Below the pieces are notes generated by a model. The model saw only the letters and a program-made list of their open reading frames with translations. It did no database searches and was not told where the DNA came from. A stretch of DNA of 64,000 nt from Gordius albopunctatus (lineage: Eukaryota): assembly GCA_964276515.1 (NCBI GenBank), contig OZ193909.1, positions 124,001 through 188,000 on the forward strand, given 5' to 3'. Position numbers and translations under genes: made by a program. Shown here piece after piece: positions 11,001 to 23,789 of the stretch (positions within the stretch are counted from its first letter, which is position 1; each line of letters opens with the position of its first letter).

Positions 11001-14000
11001 GTAATGACCGTTGAGCATGGAACCGATGTGGCGCGTTAGTTTTGGCTCCTGGATTGAGCGATTTAGAACCTTGAAATAGTGGCAAAACATTTTTAGACAG
11101 TTATTAATAAGACCTTTATATAGTAGATAACACTGATCAGTATAAAAACTAAGGAAATGGTTGATAGATTTTTATAAAATTGTTGTGTTAAACAAAAATA
11201 TGTTTCGCTTTTTCTTGTAGGGGTCTTTAAAAAATTGCGTTCAAAGTTACGAAAATATGCGTTTAGCCCCTTTTAAAGATGCATACTAGGGAAAAAATCC
11301 ATGAATAACAAAACAAGGCCTAAGTTGCAAAAGTATATCACCTGAAAAAAAGTATATCGCGAGAGGCCTAGTGTAGGATACCTTTTTTAATGATCCCCTT
11401 GGTCCTAATTCTTAGATAAAATTACTATTGCGCGAGCTTCGTCATTTTGATGGCACCCCACATGAGCTGTATTTTGTGGCTACACTTCTGAGGCTTAGAT
11501 TATGATTTATACATGACTAGACAGGACGGCAGCACACAGAGTGCTGTTAACTCAACACACACCCCATAACCCCGTATTTGGAATGGCACATCGCAGTCTC
11601 TGGCCGGTTTGCATCACGCCCACATTAAAAGTCCTCAAAAGGGAAGGAAACTAGCACCTAGTGCTGTAAAAAGGGGTGGGGCCTTTTGTTTGCTCGACCC
11701 CTTTGGTTTTTGCAGCAGCCTAAACATAAATTTTGGCCAAACCTTTGGTCCGCTCATGTTCAGTCGACTAAGACCAAAGGGGTCGACGCGACAAAACCCC
11801 CACCCCTTTTTACACCACTACCAGCACCTATCTATGATATGGTGGTTCTTTCATGCAGCACACCATAATCATAATGATCCTAGCACAACCCTCGGGGGTC
11901 GTATTGCATCTGCGAAAGGCTATGTTTTTATACCCAAAACTCTTTCTTTAGGCAGGGGCAGGGGCAGGGGGGGGAGAATGTAATGTAATTTAAAAAATTT
12001 AATTTTGCTCCCCCCTCCAAAGAGAAACAATATTAGAGCGACGTTGCAATAATTATACAAGTAGTAAGTGAATTAATACAAATCAAAAACTAATTAAGGT
12101 AGAGAAAAAATTGTTCCAAGTTTTTAGCCTTCGTCGGTGTTACGACGACTGAGGCTTTAGTTTTAAATCGATTTGAGATTACGCAATATAATATGTTGAG
12201 AAAGTGCGAAAAACATTCATGCTGGCAAACTATAAACGCAATTATTTAAAAAAAGTATGGGTAAAAGGTTTGGTGTTTATCACTAAAAACACTACATATA
12301 TAACCACTTCTCTACATTAAAATTAAATTATATCCTCCATTTCTCACTCCTCTCTTAATAATATACGATTGAACTTCATGGCGCCATATTTTTGTTTGTC
12401 TAAATGTGCGGCGATGATACACATGTCGTGTAATCATCAACAATTTTAGTTTAGTTTCCCCCATATGATGCATATGCATTAATAAGCGTAATTAAAGGAT
12501 AAATATCATTTGTTTTACGAACAAAAACAGGACAAAGGTAGAAGAAAAATGAAGTGTGAGGCTCGTAGTCGTATTAAGAGGCGGCTATGTTTTAACATGC
12601 ACACGCTTTTCGCTTTTCGCAGAGGCTGCTCCCTTAATCTGCTCGCAGCACTATAAAAGTAGCCTGTAGTAAGTAGTATTGGATGAGACAACACAACACA
12701 TCCATGCTCCCTTACTTGTTGTACTTCTGCTCCTGTGCTCCTAAAAAGTTCGATGTATCTGGTGCCGATGCATCGCCTGTGCTTCGTCAAAGCTTCCTTC
12801 CCTTCGCATTCTGTGGTGAAAAGCACGAAGGCGTCCCCCGTTGGTCTACCATCACTTTTCTTAACAAAAAGGATCCCCGAAGGTGTGAGACAATGTAAAG
12901 AGCTGTTAAGCGTTTCCGGTTCTTCACCTGCTTCCCCCTCGGTCGAATGATCCCCGAAAAAGTTGAGCTGTTAAAATGGAAACAATGTCAACTTGCTTTG
13001 CTCAAGCAAAATTCTGTGAATGATTGCAACGTATAAATTACCAGTTGTCCCAGTGGCGGCATTAAAAATCGACAATTGTGGTATAATGCATGATATTAAA
13101 ATCCTAAAGCAAGGCTAAATAAAACGTAATTACGATGGTTTGTTGCGTGGCATCGTATGGCAGGCCTCTCATTCGAATAATGACTTCGGCTCCAGTCGAT
13201 AGGAAAGCTCTCACTTCATTACTACTCCCTAACATACGTTCACAAACAATAAAAATCATCCAAAATTGGAATAAAAAAATTAGAATATATAAGAAGAAGT
13301 AGTATAAAGTACCGGTAGCGACTCTCAGAAAATCGTCCAAACTAGCTTTGTACACTTCGATGTACCGAGATCCCATGTGGTGCTTGTGCCTTTTTAAAGC
13401 TAAATCCCTGTTTTCCGCATCTTCAAACTTAACGAAAGCTTCCCCATTTCTCCTACCCTGAGGACTTAAGCACAACGCTATTCCACCCCTTACATAAGAA
13501 GAAGATTGGATTAAAGCACAATTTTTATATTCTTATTTTTGCTATAGAGTTTTAAATAGTGCGATAAAGTTGGGTAGAGTAGAGATGGGATGGCAGGTAT
13601 GCTATTATTACTTTGAGATGTTGAGTCCTTTAAAAAAGTTCGCTATATCCTGGTCTGAAGATTGCCACGGCAAACCCCTAGCTCTGATAACGGTCTCTTT
13701 ATTTCCCGTTGTGTCGTACGAGGAACTTCAATTGCACGCCATAAATCATGGATTATTATCAGTAATTAATGTAAGCGTTGGTTGGTGTTTTATTTTTATC
13801 ACTAATTTCTTAATTTGTAACATATTCGTTCTTTGCCAAATTTAAGTGGGATTATTTTAACATAGATGAAAGGTGTAATGTAACAAAAAAATTAATTCTT
13901 ACCATATTCCACTTTCATACGTGGTAGAAATGATTTCTGGTTCCGAAAATTTGAATCCTGTTAGAGTGACAAAATAATTTATTTAATTCTTTGGGAGCAC

Positions 14001-17000
14001 ACCTTTATTACAAACCTTTTTGCAAAAGTGATATTGTAGCTTCGGTTAATTGTCGAATCTCGGTTCCCTCGTCTTCTAAATTTTAAAAAATTAAGGAATT
14101 GAAGTTTGTGTAATAAGGAATATCCGAGATTAAGCGGTGAAGCAATTATAAAGTCGATCTAAAAGTTAAAATGTCTTATAATTAATTATTTTAAAAGTGG
14201 ATAAAATCGATTTGTCATCCATCACACCTAATTGCAGCAACTTACTTGAAGTTTGTGGCGCTTGTGTCGGGGGGCATTTGAGTGAAGCATCTTTCCTCCT
14301 TCCTCGATCCTCATTTAAGTGGCATCGTCTCAAATCGAAGTAAGTTTGAAATAATGTGCAGCATTCCCCCATCTTGGCCCTTTGTTGGGGAGTCATGAAA
14401 CATTCCTTTCGTCCGAGCTGAGGATAGAGGAGTTGTCGCAAAGGGGCCGGCCCATCAGTCACCAAACACATCACCTCACTAACATCCACTGTTTTGTCGT
14501 GAGGTGCGTGCGCCAAAAGAAACGATCCAGCATATTCGTACATCTGGTTTTAGGAATAAAATTAGTTTTCAATTAATTAGTATTTAAATTGATCATTTCA
14601 CTATTTTTAAATTACATATTCACATCTATAGTATATATATATATAATACTTTTTGAGCTAATATTTCAAAGTCTGTCTCATCTAATGAGCCACTAAACGC
14701 GAGCCAGAAGCAATTTCTAGCCAGCAGACCCCTTAACAACATTTATTTCTAAACTCTATTTAGCGTGTATAAAGTTTAAAAAACGCCAGCAGGCCACTAT
14801 TCGCTGTCAATAGTAATTTTATTATCGTTCTTTAAATTCATAATGTGTATGATTAAAGAATTCAAAAAAGCTTATATATTTTGAACCGTGCACCTGTTAA
14901 AAATTTCAAAGTTGCATTAGTAGTATATCATAACATTTTGTGAATAAATAAAATTTATTTTATAATACCACTTAATATTAGTTATTAATTTCATTATTAT
15001 GTTTAAATTTCAAAAATGGGAGCGAGCCCGGGAAGAACAAGGACCTTTTTTGGCTAAGTCGGTGGTTCGGAGAAATTAAAAATAAGAAAGACCAGGCGCT
15101 TAACGATGAACGGCAATTTTGTCGGGCTTTGGTAATACATAAAGTTTTATAATTTTGGATGAGAAAGGGTAAGATAGCGAAAACACTGCTTTATAAATAA
15201 CCTAACCAAGACGCCATAAGATAGAATTAATCAGATTCGCTCTTTTTAAATTTATAAAAATGCTCGTGATTTTATATATTTTCGAAGGGAAACAATAATA
15301 TTACACTTTCCAAAGCCCCTTGGCGGAGAAAAAGGTATTCTTTTTTCCTTAATTTAATCATTTGCCCCCGGAATACGCTCCAATTTCTTGTTAAGCTTAC
15401 AATTTGTAGGACTTTGTACCTTTTTAATCCCCTTTTCAAACTAATGACAAGCAAAGTGGTTGGATCATAAAAAAGCATGAGATGAGCCACGTGTTTTATC
15501 ATGGTCACGTGAAACGTCGTGTCACGTGTTGTCCTGACCCCATTAAGGGTCGATAGTTTTATTAGGAATTAAGAGATAACTAGGGCATGTTTGCACATTA
15601 TGCGATGTCATTAAAATCATCGATTTGAGGGGGCTACCAAGATAATTTTATATGAACATTGGGGAAAATATTAATTGGCTCGATAACGAAGGGCAAAGTA
15701 GGTTGCTAATGATTTTTGTATTAATCCTTCTTTCAACAAATTTAATTTTAATTTGGGATATTTCAATGAAACAAACATCAAAATCACCATTTTTCCATTT
15801 TAAATAATATTGCATTTTTATTATAACTTTTAAAGAAGTAAACGGGAAATATGTAATAAGAGTAAATTGAACAACGTCAAATTGGAAAATATTTTAGCCT
15901 AACTAATTGGGGTAAAATAAATTATGTAATTATATAAAAAACAACAAATTACCAACTACTTTTTAAATTATAAGGGATATAGGAGAGGAGGGTGATGACA
16001 GTAAATATCTCTCTCACGCACGCAACGGGCCAAATGTAGGACTAGTAGACTTGAAAAAAGTGGTTCGCCTACTTTACCTTCTAAACGACACCTTGTAATT
16101 CACTAACTTCCGTTTGGACAACAGCAGGGTAAATAATTTGGATATGTGGATTTAATAAATACTATTATAACTTCACTTTAAATTGCTCATTTTTAAGAGG
16201 CGATGAAAACTTATATTGCAAGGCCTTTTACTTCTTCAATTAATTTATAAATGACGGGCGATGAGTCGGAGTTAGCGCTAGGAGCTTCCGTTGTAGGAAC
16301 AGTCAAATTTTCATGCTTCTTGGAGTTAAATTCGACAGTTTGTTGCACCTATTAGGAGCAAGATAATTCGAATTATTAAATATCAATTAATAAAATGATA
16401 TATTTTTGAAGGATTATCATATTTTCGAATCATTTTAAGATAAAAATTGATATTTTCAGTTTGTAGTCCTTAGAGAGTCAATGTCGTATTTTAAATAGTA
16501 TCACCAATTTTATAATAATCAACGTCTCAAAACTTATGAAACAATTTATGCGGTCAAACTATGATAAAAATGGCTTGATGCACTTTCCCAAAGTGAGTAA
16601 TGATAGATTCACTAGTCAACAAATAATGGTCTTGTGTAAATAAATGGGAAACGGTCAACATATTCCGATAGAGTTTTTTGTGGTGAACAAAAATATGTTT
16701 TTCGTTTTTTCCGATACGTCAAGTTTTTTTAGATATTTCGATTCAAAGTTGGGAAAATGACCGTTTTTGAACCTTTTCGATGCTCAATAGAGCGATATTG
16801 AATGGCTAAAAATTTTTTAAACCTCTAAGTTGTAGAACGAACTTAGGGTAAAACATTGAAAAATGATTTTTTCCCCTATTGTTTTCACTTTTTCCAGTAT
16901 ATCGAAATTCGGATTTGAAGTAGGCCCTATGCGAAGCGGCATCCTCCCTCCCGCCCTCTCTATCTAATTTGGTTTATAACAACACAGAACAGACACGAGC

Positions 17001-20000
17001 GAGGGTGAGAGTAATTAATAGCTCGTATTACGCCACTACTCTCACACACCCCCACATCATCCATCCATCAATCACTCACATGCACAGAGTATAGTGTTGT
17101 TATTATACAGTTAAAACTGTTTAATTGCAAAGCCTTGGGCCTTAAAAATCGCGATTAACCGATATTTCGCGATTAAACGATGGAAATAAAAGTATATTAT
17201 GTACACTATATTAAATATTCATTTCTTACGCTTCGCAATAAAACGATGATTTATATAATTATCTGATTGATTTAAGGACTCGAAAATGTTTGTGAATATC
17301 CTATATTGTACTATTAAGCCATTTGTCAATAAACGATGTTTTTGTTAATATTATCGTTTAAAAAAAACAAAATGGCGGTTAACTTCGCGATTAAAAGATT
17401 TTCACGATAATCCGATTTGCGATTAAGAAGTTTCGACTGTAAACCCAATTAGATAGAGAGGGAGGGAGGATGCCGCTTCGCATAGGGACTAATTGAAATT
17501 CGATATACCAGTCTTGTTAAGAAGCGGCGCTACAGGAGCGCCGCTAAATTTTTTCAAAAAAAGCTGGAGCTCCTATTTAAAAATGAGGAGAGGGCGCGGA
17601 AATAGCTCCTTTTAGGTCTGGAGCGGAGGATCGCCGCTTTTAAATATTAATAATATTTTTTAATTAAAATTTAATGAAAATTTTATTTTATTTAAATTTA
17701 TTCATTATTAAATGTTGAGCCGAGTTTTATATTGATTTTTCATCTAATCATTTGAAACATTAAACATCAGTTTTTCCTTTTTATATTAAAAAATATAAAT
17801 AAAACGTTTTGATAAAGAAATATGATTTTGTTTCGTGTACTTTCTAAAAAAATGAAAATCAAAGGAGCGGTTATGAAGAGGCACTCCATTAGTTGGAGCG
17901 GGAGCGCTCCTTTTAATATGTAGTAGCGGGAGCGGGAGTTCGCTCCTTTTGAGAAGGTAGGCACGGGAGCGGGAGTCGCTACTTTTAAAAAGGAGCGTTA
18001 ACAAGACTGGATATACTTGAAAAAGTAAAAACAATAGGGAAAAAAATCAATTTTCAATGTTTTACCCTAAGTTGGTTCTACCACTTAGAGATTAAAAATT
18101 TTTTTAGCCATTCAATATCGCTCTATTGAGCATCGAAAAGGTTCAAAAACGGTCATTTTCGCAACTTTGAATCGAAATATCTAAAAAAAAACTTGACGTA
18201 TAGGAAAAAAACGAAAAACATATTTGTGTTCACCACAAAAAACTCTATCCGAGTTGACCGTTTCCCGGTTAATTTTTTTGTAGACCAGTGTATTATGCCG
18301 AGTGTCAATTTTTTCCCCGAGATAAATATCAAAATACTGATTAAATAATTTAATGATCGGTATTATAAGTATTTTCTCAATGTTTTATTCGTTTGCTAAG
18401 TTTTGATGATTCTAGTGCTGCCCAGCTATTTTCCTATTTTTCCTTTACATTTTAACACAGGGGTAGCCAAGGGGCAGGGAGGGGCGGCTGCCTTCCCCCT
18501 TTAAATCTATTAAGAATGTGGGGCTTTAAGTTCAAAAATGATCCTTTTGCCCTTCCCTAAATCATTATTGCCCCCCTCTAATCCTATTCCTGTCTAAGCG
18601 CATGCATTACAATCAAAAGTCGAAACTCGAAGAGTGAGCTAAAGCCGGTCACCAGGTCTTAACGGTACCCTACAAAAAAGAATATTTTCGTTAATAAGGA
18701 AAAGAAAAAAATATTTTCTTAAAAGGAATTCCCATTTTTGGCGCTTATTTTTCATTTTTTCCGATCAACAATTCGATTGATAGCACGTGAAATAAAAAGA
18801 TAGGTATAAGCATTTTGCATTTAAAGCTAAACAAAACTTTGCATTTAAACTAGAGATGCACCGATACCACTATTTTATGCCGATACCGATACCAGCCGAT
18901 ACTTAAGATTTTTTTGCCGATACCGATACCATGCCGATACTTATAATAAAAAAAATTTTTATACTAAAAAATATATGCTAATTAAATATTATAAATTGAG
19001 TCACATCCAAATTTTGGTAGATCAGAATTTTGACGATTGTCTACCTTTTAAATGTTTCCTTAAATTTGAAGTATTAAAGGAATGTTTGTTTTTGCCCCTA
19101 CGACTTATTTTAGCTTCGCATAATTCACAGATTACAAATTTTTCATCTGCTGACACAACAAAATAACTCAATAGTGTATCTATATCTAAAGAATCCATCT
19201 AAGGCTTAATATATAATAATTTTTAAAATAAAACAATATTTACTTAAAAGCGCAGTTATTCGGAACAGATGGTCAATGAGTTTATTATACTCCACATAGA
19301 AATATTTATAGCCAATCAAATGAAACAATTTTCAAAAAATTTAAAAAGTCCTCTATTTTTTAATGATAGGAGATACTATAAATATTATTTTTTGAGTTTC
19401 ATATTGAAAAAGGTATCGGCTTGGTAATTGCCGATACTAGCAAAGTATCGGGCCGATTCTTTTGGCAAGGTATCGGCGCCGATACAATGCCGATACTTGG
19501 TATCGGTGCATCTCTAATTTAAACATTTAAATAATACACGCAAAACGATGTAATAGACACGTGGAAAATTAGATGGAAATGGCATCAATTTTGGCGAAAA
19601 AGAGATGAAATAATAGGGTAGGGAGGCGGGCGGGCGGGCGGGCGGGTGAGGTGCGCTCAATTTAGAACACATTTGAGTGGATAGATATTTGGACAAATAT
19701 TTATTTTAAATTTTACCAGCCACGCATCTCTCTTTATATAAACTATTAATTATAACGCTAAGATTAGTGTGTGGCACCAATATATTCTTTATACGTCCAA
19801 TTTAAATTATAAATCACTATAGGACTAATAATGAGGTATTACAAAAGACAATTTTTTCCAAATAGTTTTGCTAATTTCAAAAATGCAATTTTTACAAAAA
19901 ATATTTGAAGTATAGGGTAATATATTGATCGTGATAAACTTGAATGGTTTTGGTGTTGAGGATAGACCACATGATTTCACCGATTCCACATGGATCAGTT

Positions 20001-20146
20001 GCAATTTCATCCCCAAACTTTTGATGGGAAGCGCAATGCATGACGATTAAGTATTTGTAAGAAGATTGTCCTAGCTCCTCGTCTTGACCACGTGGAATCT
20101 CTTGATCATCTGCATCTTCGAATGAAGTTTCAACCTGTTCCGCCAT
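8074..20146 (-). CDS. ESRP/fus: Epithelial splicing regulatory protein / fusilli homolog (N-terminal DnaQ-like domain, three qRRMs, degenerate C-terminal RRM-like segment)
   Basis: Phase-consistent exons: 20146-19940, 16348-16232, 14543-14228, 14075-14016, 13957-13903, 13725-13612, 13488-13313, 13228-13134, 12967-12716, 11069-10555, 10008-9657, 9452-9221, 8997-8585, 8355-8074. Motifs: [61 protein letters not shown]...[29 protein letters not shown]...[18 protein letters not shown]...[11 protein letters not shown]...RYIEVFQCS. An acceptor at 20172-20173 with an open frame suggests further upstream exon(s), so the start codon is provisional. Confidence 0.92.
9047..9170. mobile_element. Palindromic MITE (right end truncated) in an ESRP intron
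   Basis: Begins tagtgttgtgaaaagggg. Inner arms gtttagtcgaccttaaacata / tatgtttaaggtcgactaaac are perfectly complementary. Same family as 11659-11820. Confidence 0.7.
11132..11374. mobile_element. Decayed relative of the fold-back element at 16623-18293
   Basis: cactgatc...aacaaaaatatgtttcg...ttcaaagttacgaaaat...cctagtgta resembles the 16627-16770 arm. Confidence 0.5.
11659..11820. mobile_element. Palindromic hAT-like MITE
   Basis: TIRs tagtgctgtaaaaaggggtgggg / ccccacccctttttacaccacta, inner tcgacccctttggt / accaaaggggtcga. TSD ctagcacc / ccagcacc (7/8). Confidence 0.8.
16921..17491. mobile_element. TIR element nested in the fold-back element
   Basis: TIRs taggccctatgcgaagcggcatcctccctccc / gggagggaggatgccgcttcgcatagggacta. 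Confidence 0.85.
17108..17439. mobile_element. Tc1/pogo-like MITE inserted at a TA inside the right arm of 16921-17491
   Basis: ta-cagttaaaactgtttaattgc...gcgattaagaagtttcgactg-ta, with internal cgcgatta repeats. Removing it restores the host arm. Confidence 0.8.
17509..18009. mobile_element. TIR MITE with GGAGCG subterminal repeats
   Basis: TIRs cagtcttgttaa / ttaacaagactg. Direct repeat gatatac at 17502-17508 and 18010-18016 (7-bp TSD). Confidence 0.85.
18851..19516 (-). mobile_element. Internally deleted hAT transposon retaining a BED zinc-finger stub
   Basis: TIRs tagagatgcaccgatac / gtatcggtgcatctcta, perfect TSD atttaaac, ccgatac subterminal repeats. Minus ORF 19198-19022 reads [58 protein letters not shown]. 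Confidence 0.9.
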
Positions 20147-20814
20147 AACAAATTGATCAGAAGGATCGTACCTGGAATGAATAGTTTCACGTTAGAATAA
20201 TAATTAACAATCAATAATGTTTAATTAAATAAAAATGGAATTGCAACGATCGCCACGAAACGAGTGCAAGGGGATCGTAATTATGTTGTTTCCCCATATT
20301 AATTACCTGCAAATTATGAGACAAAAATGAATATATTGGCGATAAAAATGATTGATTTTGGGATGAATGGAAATAATGATTTTAAATAAATATGGGAGGG
20401 AATATTGTTGGAGGGAAAAAGTGTGTTTGCAAACGCGCGGCGCAACCTATTCGGGTCCACGTGGGCCGGCGCTAAACGAGGAGAGCAGGCAGGGGGCGTT
20501 CGTTTATTTACTCCTTTCCAATCACGTACGTATATTATTTACATTTACAGATGGCTCCCTTACTTTTTGGCCAAGTATTTACAATATTAATTCTAATATA
20601 AACAACCTCGGGTATTCATTCTTATTCAATTTTACCCTTTACATTTAGCCGTAAAAAATTAAATCGCGTTTTAAAATAAACTACAATTATTTTTCCAAAT
20701 TTTTTGTTTAATATATTTTCAAGGTCTATTTTTACTATAGGAAAAAATTTTGGAGGTAAACAAGTAATAATTTTCTCACAAATTAAGTTTAAAAAAAATG
20801 CAAAAAATGTCAAA

Positions 20815-21530
20815 AATGGCCGGGGCTGGTGATAGCCGATAGATTAACTTTGACCTCTTCACTTCTTATTGCTGTATGCTAACTCAAATCAATAAAAAGA
20901 TTGTTTGATTGTAAAGAGTGCAGAAAATGTAAAATGGCTGTATTTTATATAAAACAAATAAAAAAGGGTAAAGATGACAATGTGATTTAAGTACTACATT
21001 TGAAAGACAGCAGGTTTAACAACGCAAAAACTTTTAGTCGTTTTATAATGTATAATCATCATTCATAGTCTATTTCTATTCCAAATAACACTAAGTTATA
21101 TTATTAAACAAATTTTTTTGTAAGACACAATGAAAAGTGGCTAGGAATAGCCGCACTCCGACTAGCCCCGACCCCTATTTTCATAAACAATTAATAATTT
21201 AAGATGTTATATTACCTTTAAAAATTTAATCATTAGACCTTTTTTATATAAAAAATCTCCATTTATAAGATAAAAAGTTAATCCAAAATATACAGCCAAA
21301 AAAATTTTATGTGCAAAATAAAAATTTTTGTCAAGGTTACTAATAGCCCCGAAAAATCATTTTTTCTCAATAAAAATTATAAATTTTATAACAAAATTTT
21401 TTGTTACTTATACCTTATGAAAAAATACACATATGGTTTAAATTTTAATTATATATCATTATTATTTTAAAAAATAATTAGAAGGATAATAGTAACCCCG
21501 GGGTACGAATAGCCCCGGTGTCCCCTATAA
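20815..21530. mobile_element. Non-autonomous DNA transposon remnant (possibly pogo-like); second copy at 63480-63737
   Basis: 20940-21182 matches 63480-63737 (aaaaacttttagtcg...gtctatttctattcc...ctccgactagccccgacccctattttca). Ends tagccccggtgtccccta-ta. Left boundary approximate. Confidence 0.55.
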
Positions 21531-21825
21531 CAACTTTCTTCATTGCAACATTATGACAACTTTAAAAAGGGGAAGGAATGGGTTTTATTAGGTGATAAAA
21601 TTCAATCATAATTAAGGGAAACAAAGGAACTTCTCCTTACACCACGAAATTTGAGATGGTAAAGCGTGTAATTAATGTCATCAACCCTGAGATCATCTGC
21701 CAAAAAGTGTGATCCCCCCCCCTTATTAATTTACACTATAATTAAGGCGGCGGCCCCGTCAATTAGACTGGCATCTTTCTCTCTTTAATTTGGAGTCGTA
21801 ACTTCGGCAGGGGGCTTTCGATCTG

Positions 21826-21945
21826 TAGACCTCTGGTTTTAGCCAACTCGACATAAAGAGACACCAAAGGCTTGGCCCAAAAATATTTGGCCCTTTTATG
21901 CGGCGACTAAGAAAAAGCAAGGAAAAACCTTTGGTCCTTTGGCTA
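21826..21945. repeat. Third, decayed copy of the palindromic MITE core
   Basis: tagacctctggttttag...acataaagagacaccaaagg matches 9076-9122. Confidence 0.55.
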
Positions 21946-22910
21946 TTTGTTTAGTAGACAGACAACTCTAAAATGTATCAATTATTGCGATTCCCTTGCT
22001 TTTCTTAGCGCCTCCGATTTAAGGCTTTTAGCCCAAACTTATATTGCAAGCAGCTAAACCTCACCCCAGCGAGATCTTCTTAAATTGTCGGTAATACGAA
22101 CACAGAGATTATGTCGCCATTAAGTCGGCTTTATCATAAGATCCCTCGTGCCGAGGGGACAGGGATGGCGCCAGCAAGAGAACCCCTCAAGTCATATTTT
22201 AAAATTCAGCCTTTTTTGGGCTCCTAACAATTATACGTCAAGATCATAGATAGCTCGTTTTGGTAGTTTGAATTTTAGAATTTTTGTTTTTACATTTCCC
22301 GTATAATAAAATTCCTTAATGGTATTAATATGATGGCGTTTTCTTTAATTTGAAACAATATCGATTCTTTTATTCATAAAAACCTTTGCGTTTACACAAT
22401 GCTAAAATTTGTACTGTTTCTAAATCAGGGCTCTCCTCAATAGAAGATATTATGGGGGCGGCGCGTAGGTAGCCGGGGGTGGCAGCGAGGAGATTCCCAA
22501 AAATTATTATCATTTAGCCTCTCCACTAAATCATCATCTAATTCCGAATCCTGGCTACGGCGATGGAAGAAGCATACAATTCATTTCTTCGTTTGCCTGG
22601 CTGGCTTCCATACGTAAAATAGAAGCTTTTGTATCATCATAGCAGCAGAGGTATGGGAGGGAAGGTACTGTAGTGTGCAACAACCGAACGATTTAAAATC
22701 TACCTTAAGCCAAAAAGATCACTATTAAGATGTAGATAAACTATTTTTAAACTTTCTCCCACTAATAATAATCTCACAAAAGAAATTTGCCTGGTTTTTA
22801 AGTTGAATTCATTATAGCTAGTATATTTACTTAATAATAAATTTTATTTAATTCCGAACCTAGGTTAGAAATTGTAAAAGATTTGATGGTGATTATGTGA
22901 TCATCAAACA

Positions 22911-23278
22911 CATGGGCGTAGGCAGGGGGGAGGGCGGCCGCCCCCCCTCTGAATGAGAATTTTTCTATTTTCTAATGTAAATTTATGTAAAAATTGGAAA
23001 AAATTAGTGTTTCGCCCCCCCCCCCCTGATTGAAATTAAGTTTTATGTTGAAAATTTTATTTCACGACCTTTTGACGCAAATTTAAATTATATAAGAATT
23101 AAATGTTGAGATTAGTAGTTGCGTTTGTGTTAGTTCCTTCATACATCGTTTACATATCCTCTGTACACTGTACTGTTGATTACTAACGTTAAATACCAAA
23201 AAAGGTCTTGGCGACCTTTTTTTTTGCTCTCACTTAGTCTCGCCCCCCCCCCTGATCCGAAAGCTGGCTACGCCCATG
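22911..23278. mobile_element. CATGGGCG-family hAT-like MITE
   Basis: catgggcgtaggcag / ctggctacgcccatg with perfect TSD atcaaaca. Confidence 0.9.
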
Positions 23279-23789
23279 ATCAAACATATATCTATTTATA
23301 AATTGTGCGTGAAAAAAGCTCGATTTTGTCATCAGGCTCGCCCATGCGCTATCATCATCATGTATGCATTATTTCAACTATCGTGTAAGTGAATTCCTTT
23401 CTTTACGTATAATTATGATGATTATTATATTATAAATGCAAGAATTAGTTCAATCACGTTTTCTCTTATAACCACCAACCAACCAACTGATAGCTGCTAA
23501 TCCATGGAGAGGTTAAATGAATTGGAGTCAGGGATTTCAAAATAGGGTGTACACGGACGGAGCCTTATTTACTTATCAAATATTTATTCAACCAATTCAA
23601 ACTTCCTCCTCTGTCCCTAATCTACTCTCAAATCCCCATCATTACAAATAAATGATGACCTTTGTCTCAAATAGTAGTAGTAGTATATAGTAAATCTATT
23701 GACTTGTGCAACTCCATTACCATTACTAAGTCAGGAGGAGAAACATTTACTCTTTCTTAGAGTTCAAAGTTTGAAATGCTATAAAAGCT

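Larger units (their letters stand above)
16623..18293. mobile_element. Fold-back DNA transposon with about 280-bp inverted arms (probably Tc1/mariner-like), host to three nested insertions
   Basis: 16627-16903 is the near-exact reverse complement of 18010-18288. Right end reads gaccagtg followed by ta. Confidence 0.85.

Noticed and set aside
10565..12950. Plus-strand and alternate-frame ORFs over ESRP (10584-10931, 11609-11983, 12683-12950)
   Set aside because: They are antisense shadows of real exons or run through a MITE, with no recognisable motifs.
19022..19198. BED-finger ORF as a domesticated gene
   Set aside because: It lies inside intact TIRs and a TSD, the last zinc-ligand His appears as Gln, and the rest of the transposase is deleted.
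21641..21696. AG/GTAAG-bounded minus-strand stretch as an upstream coding exon of ESRP
   Set aside because: No recognisable homology, and it cannot be confirmed without transcript data.
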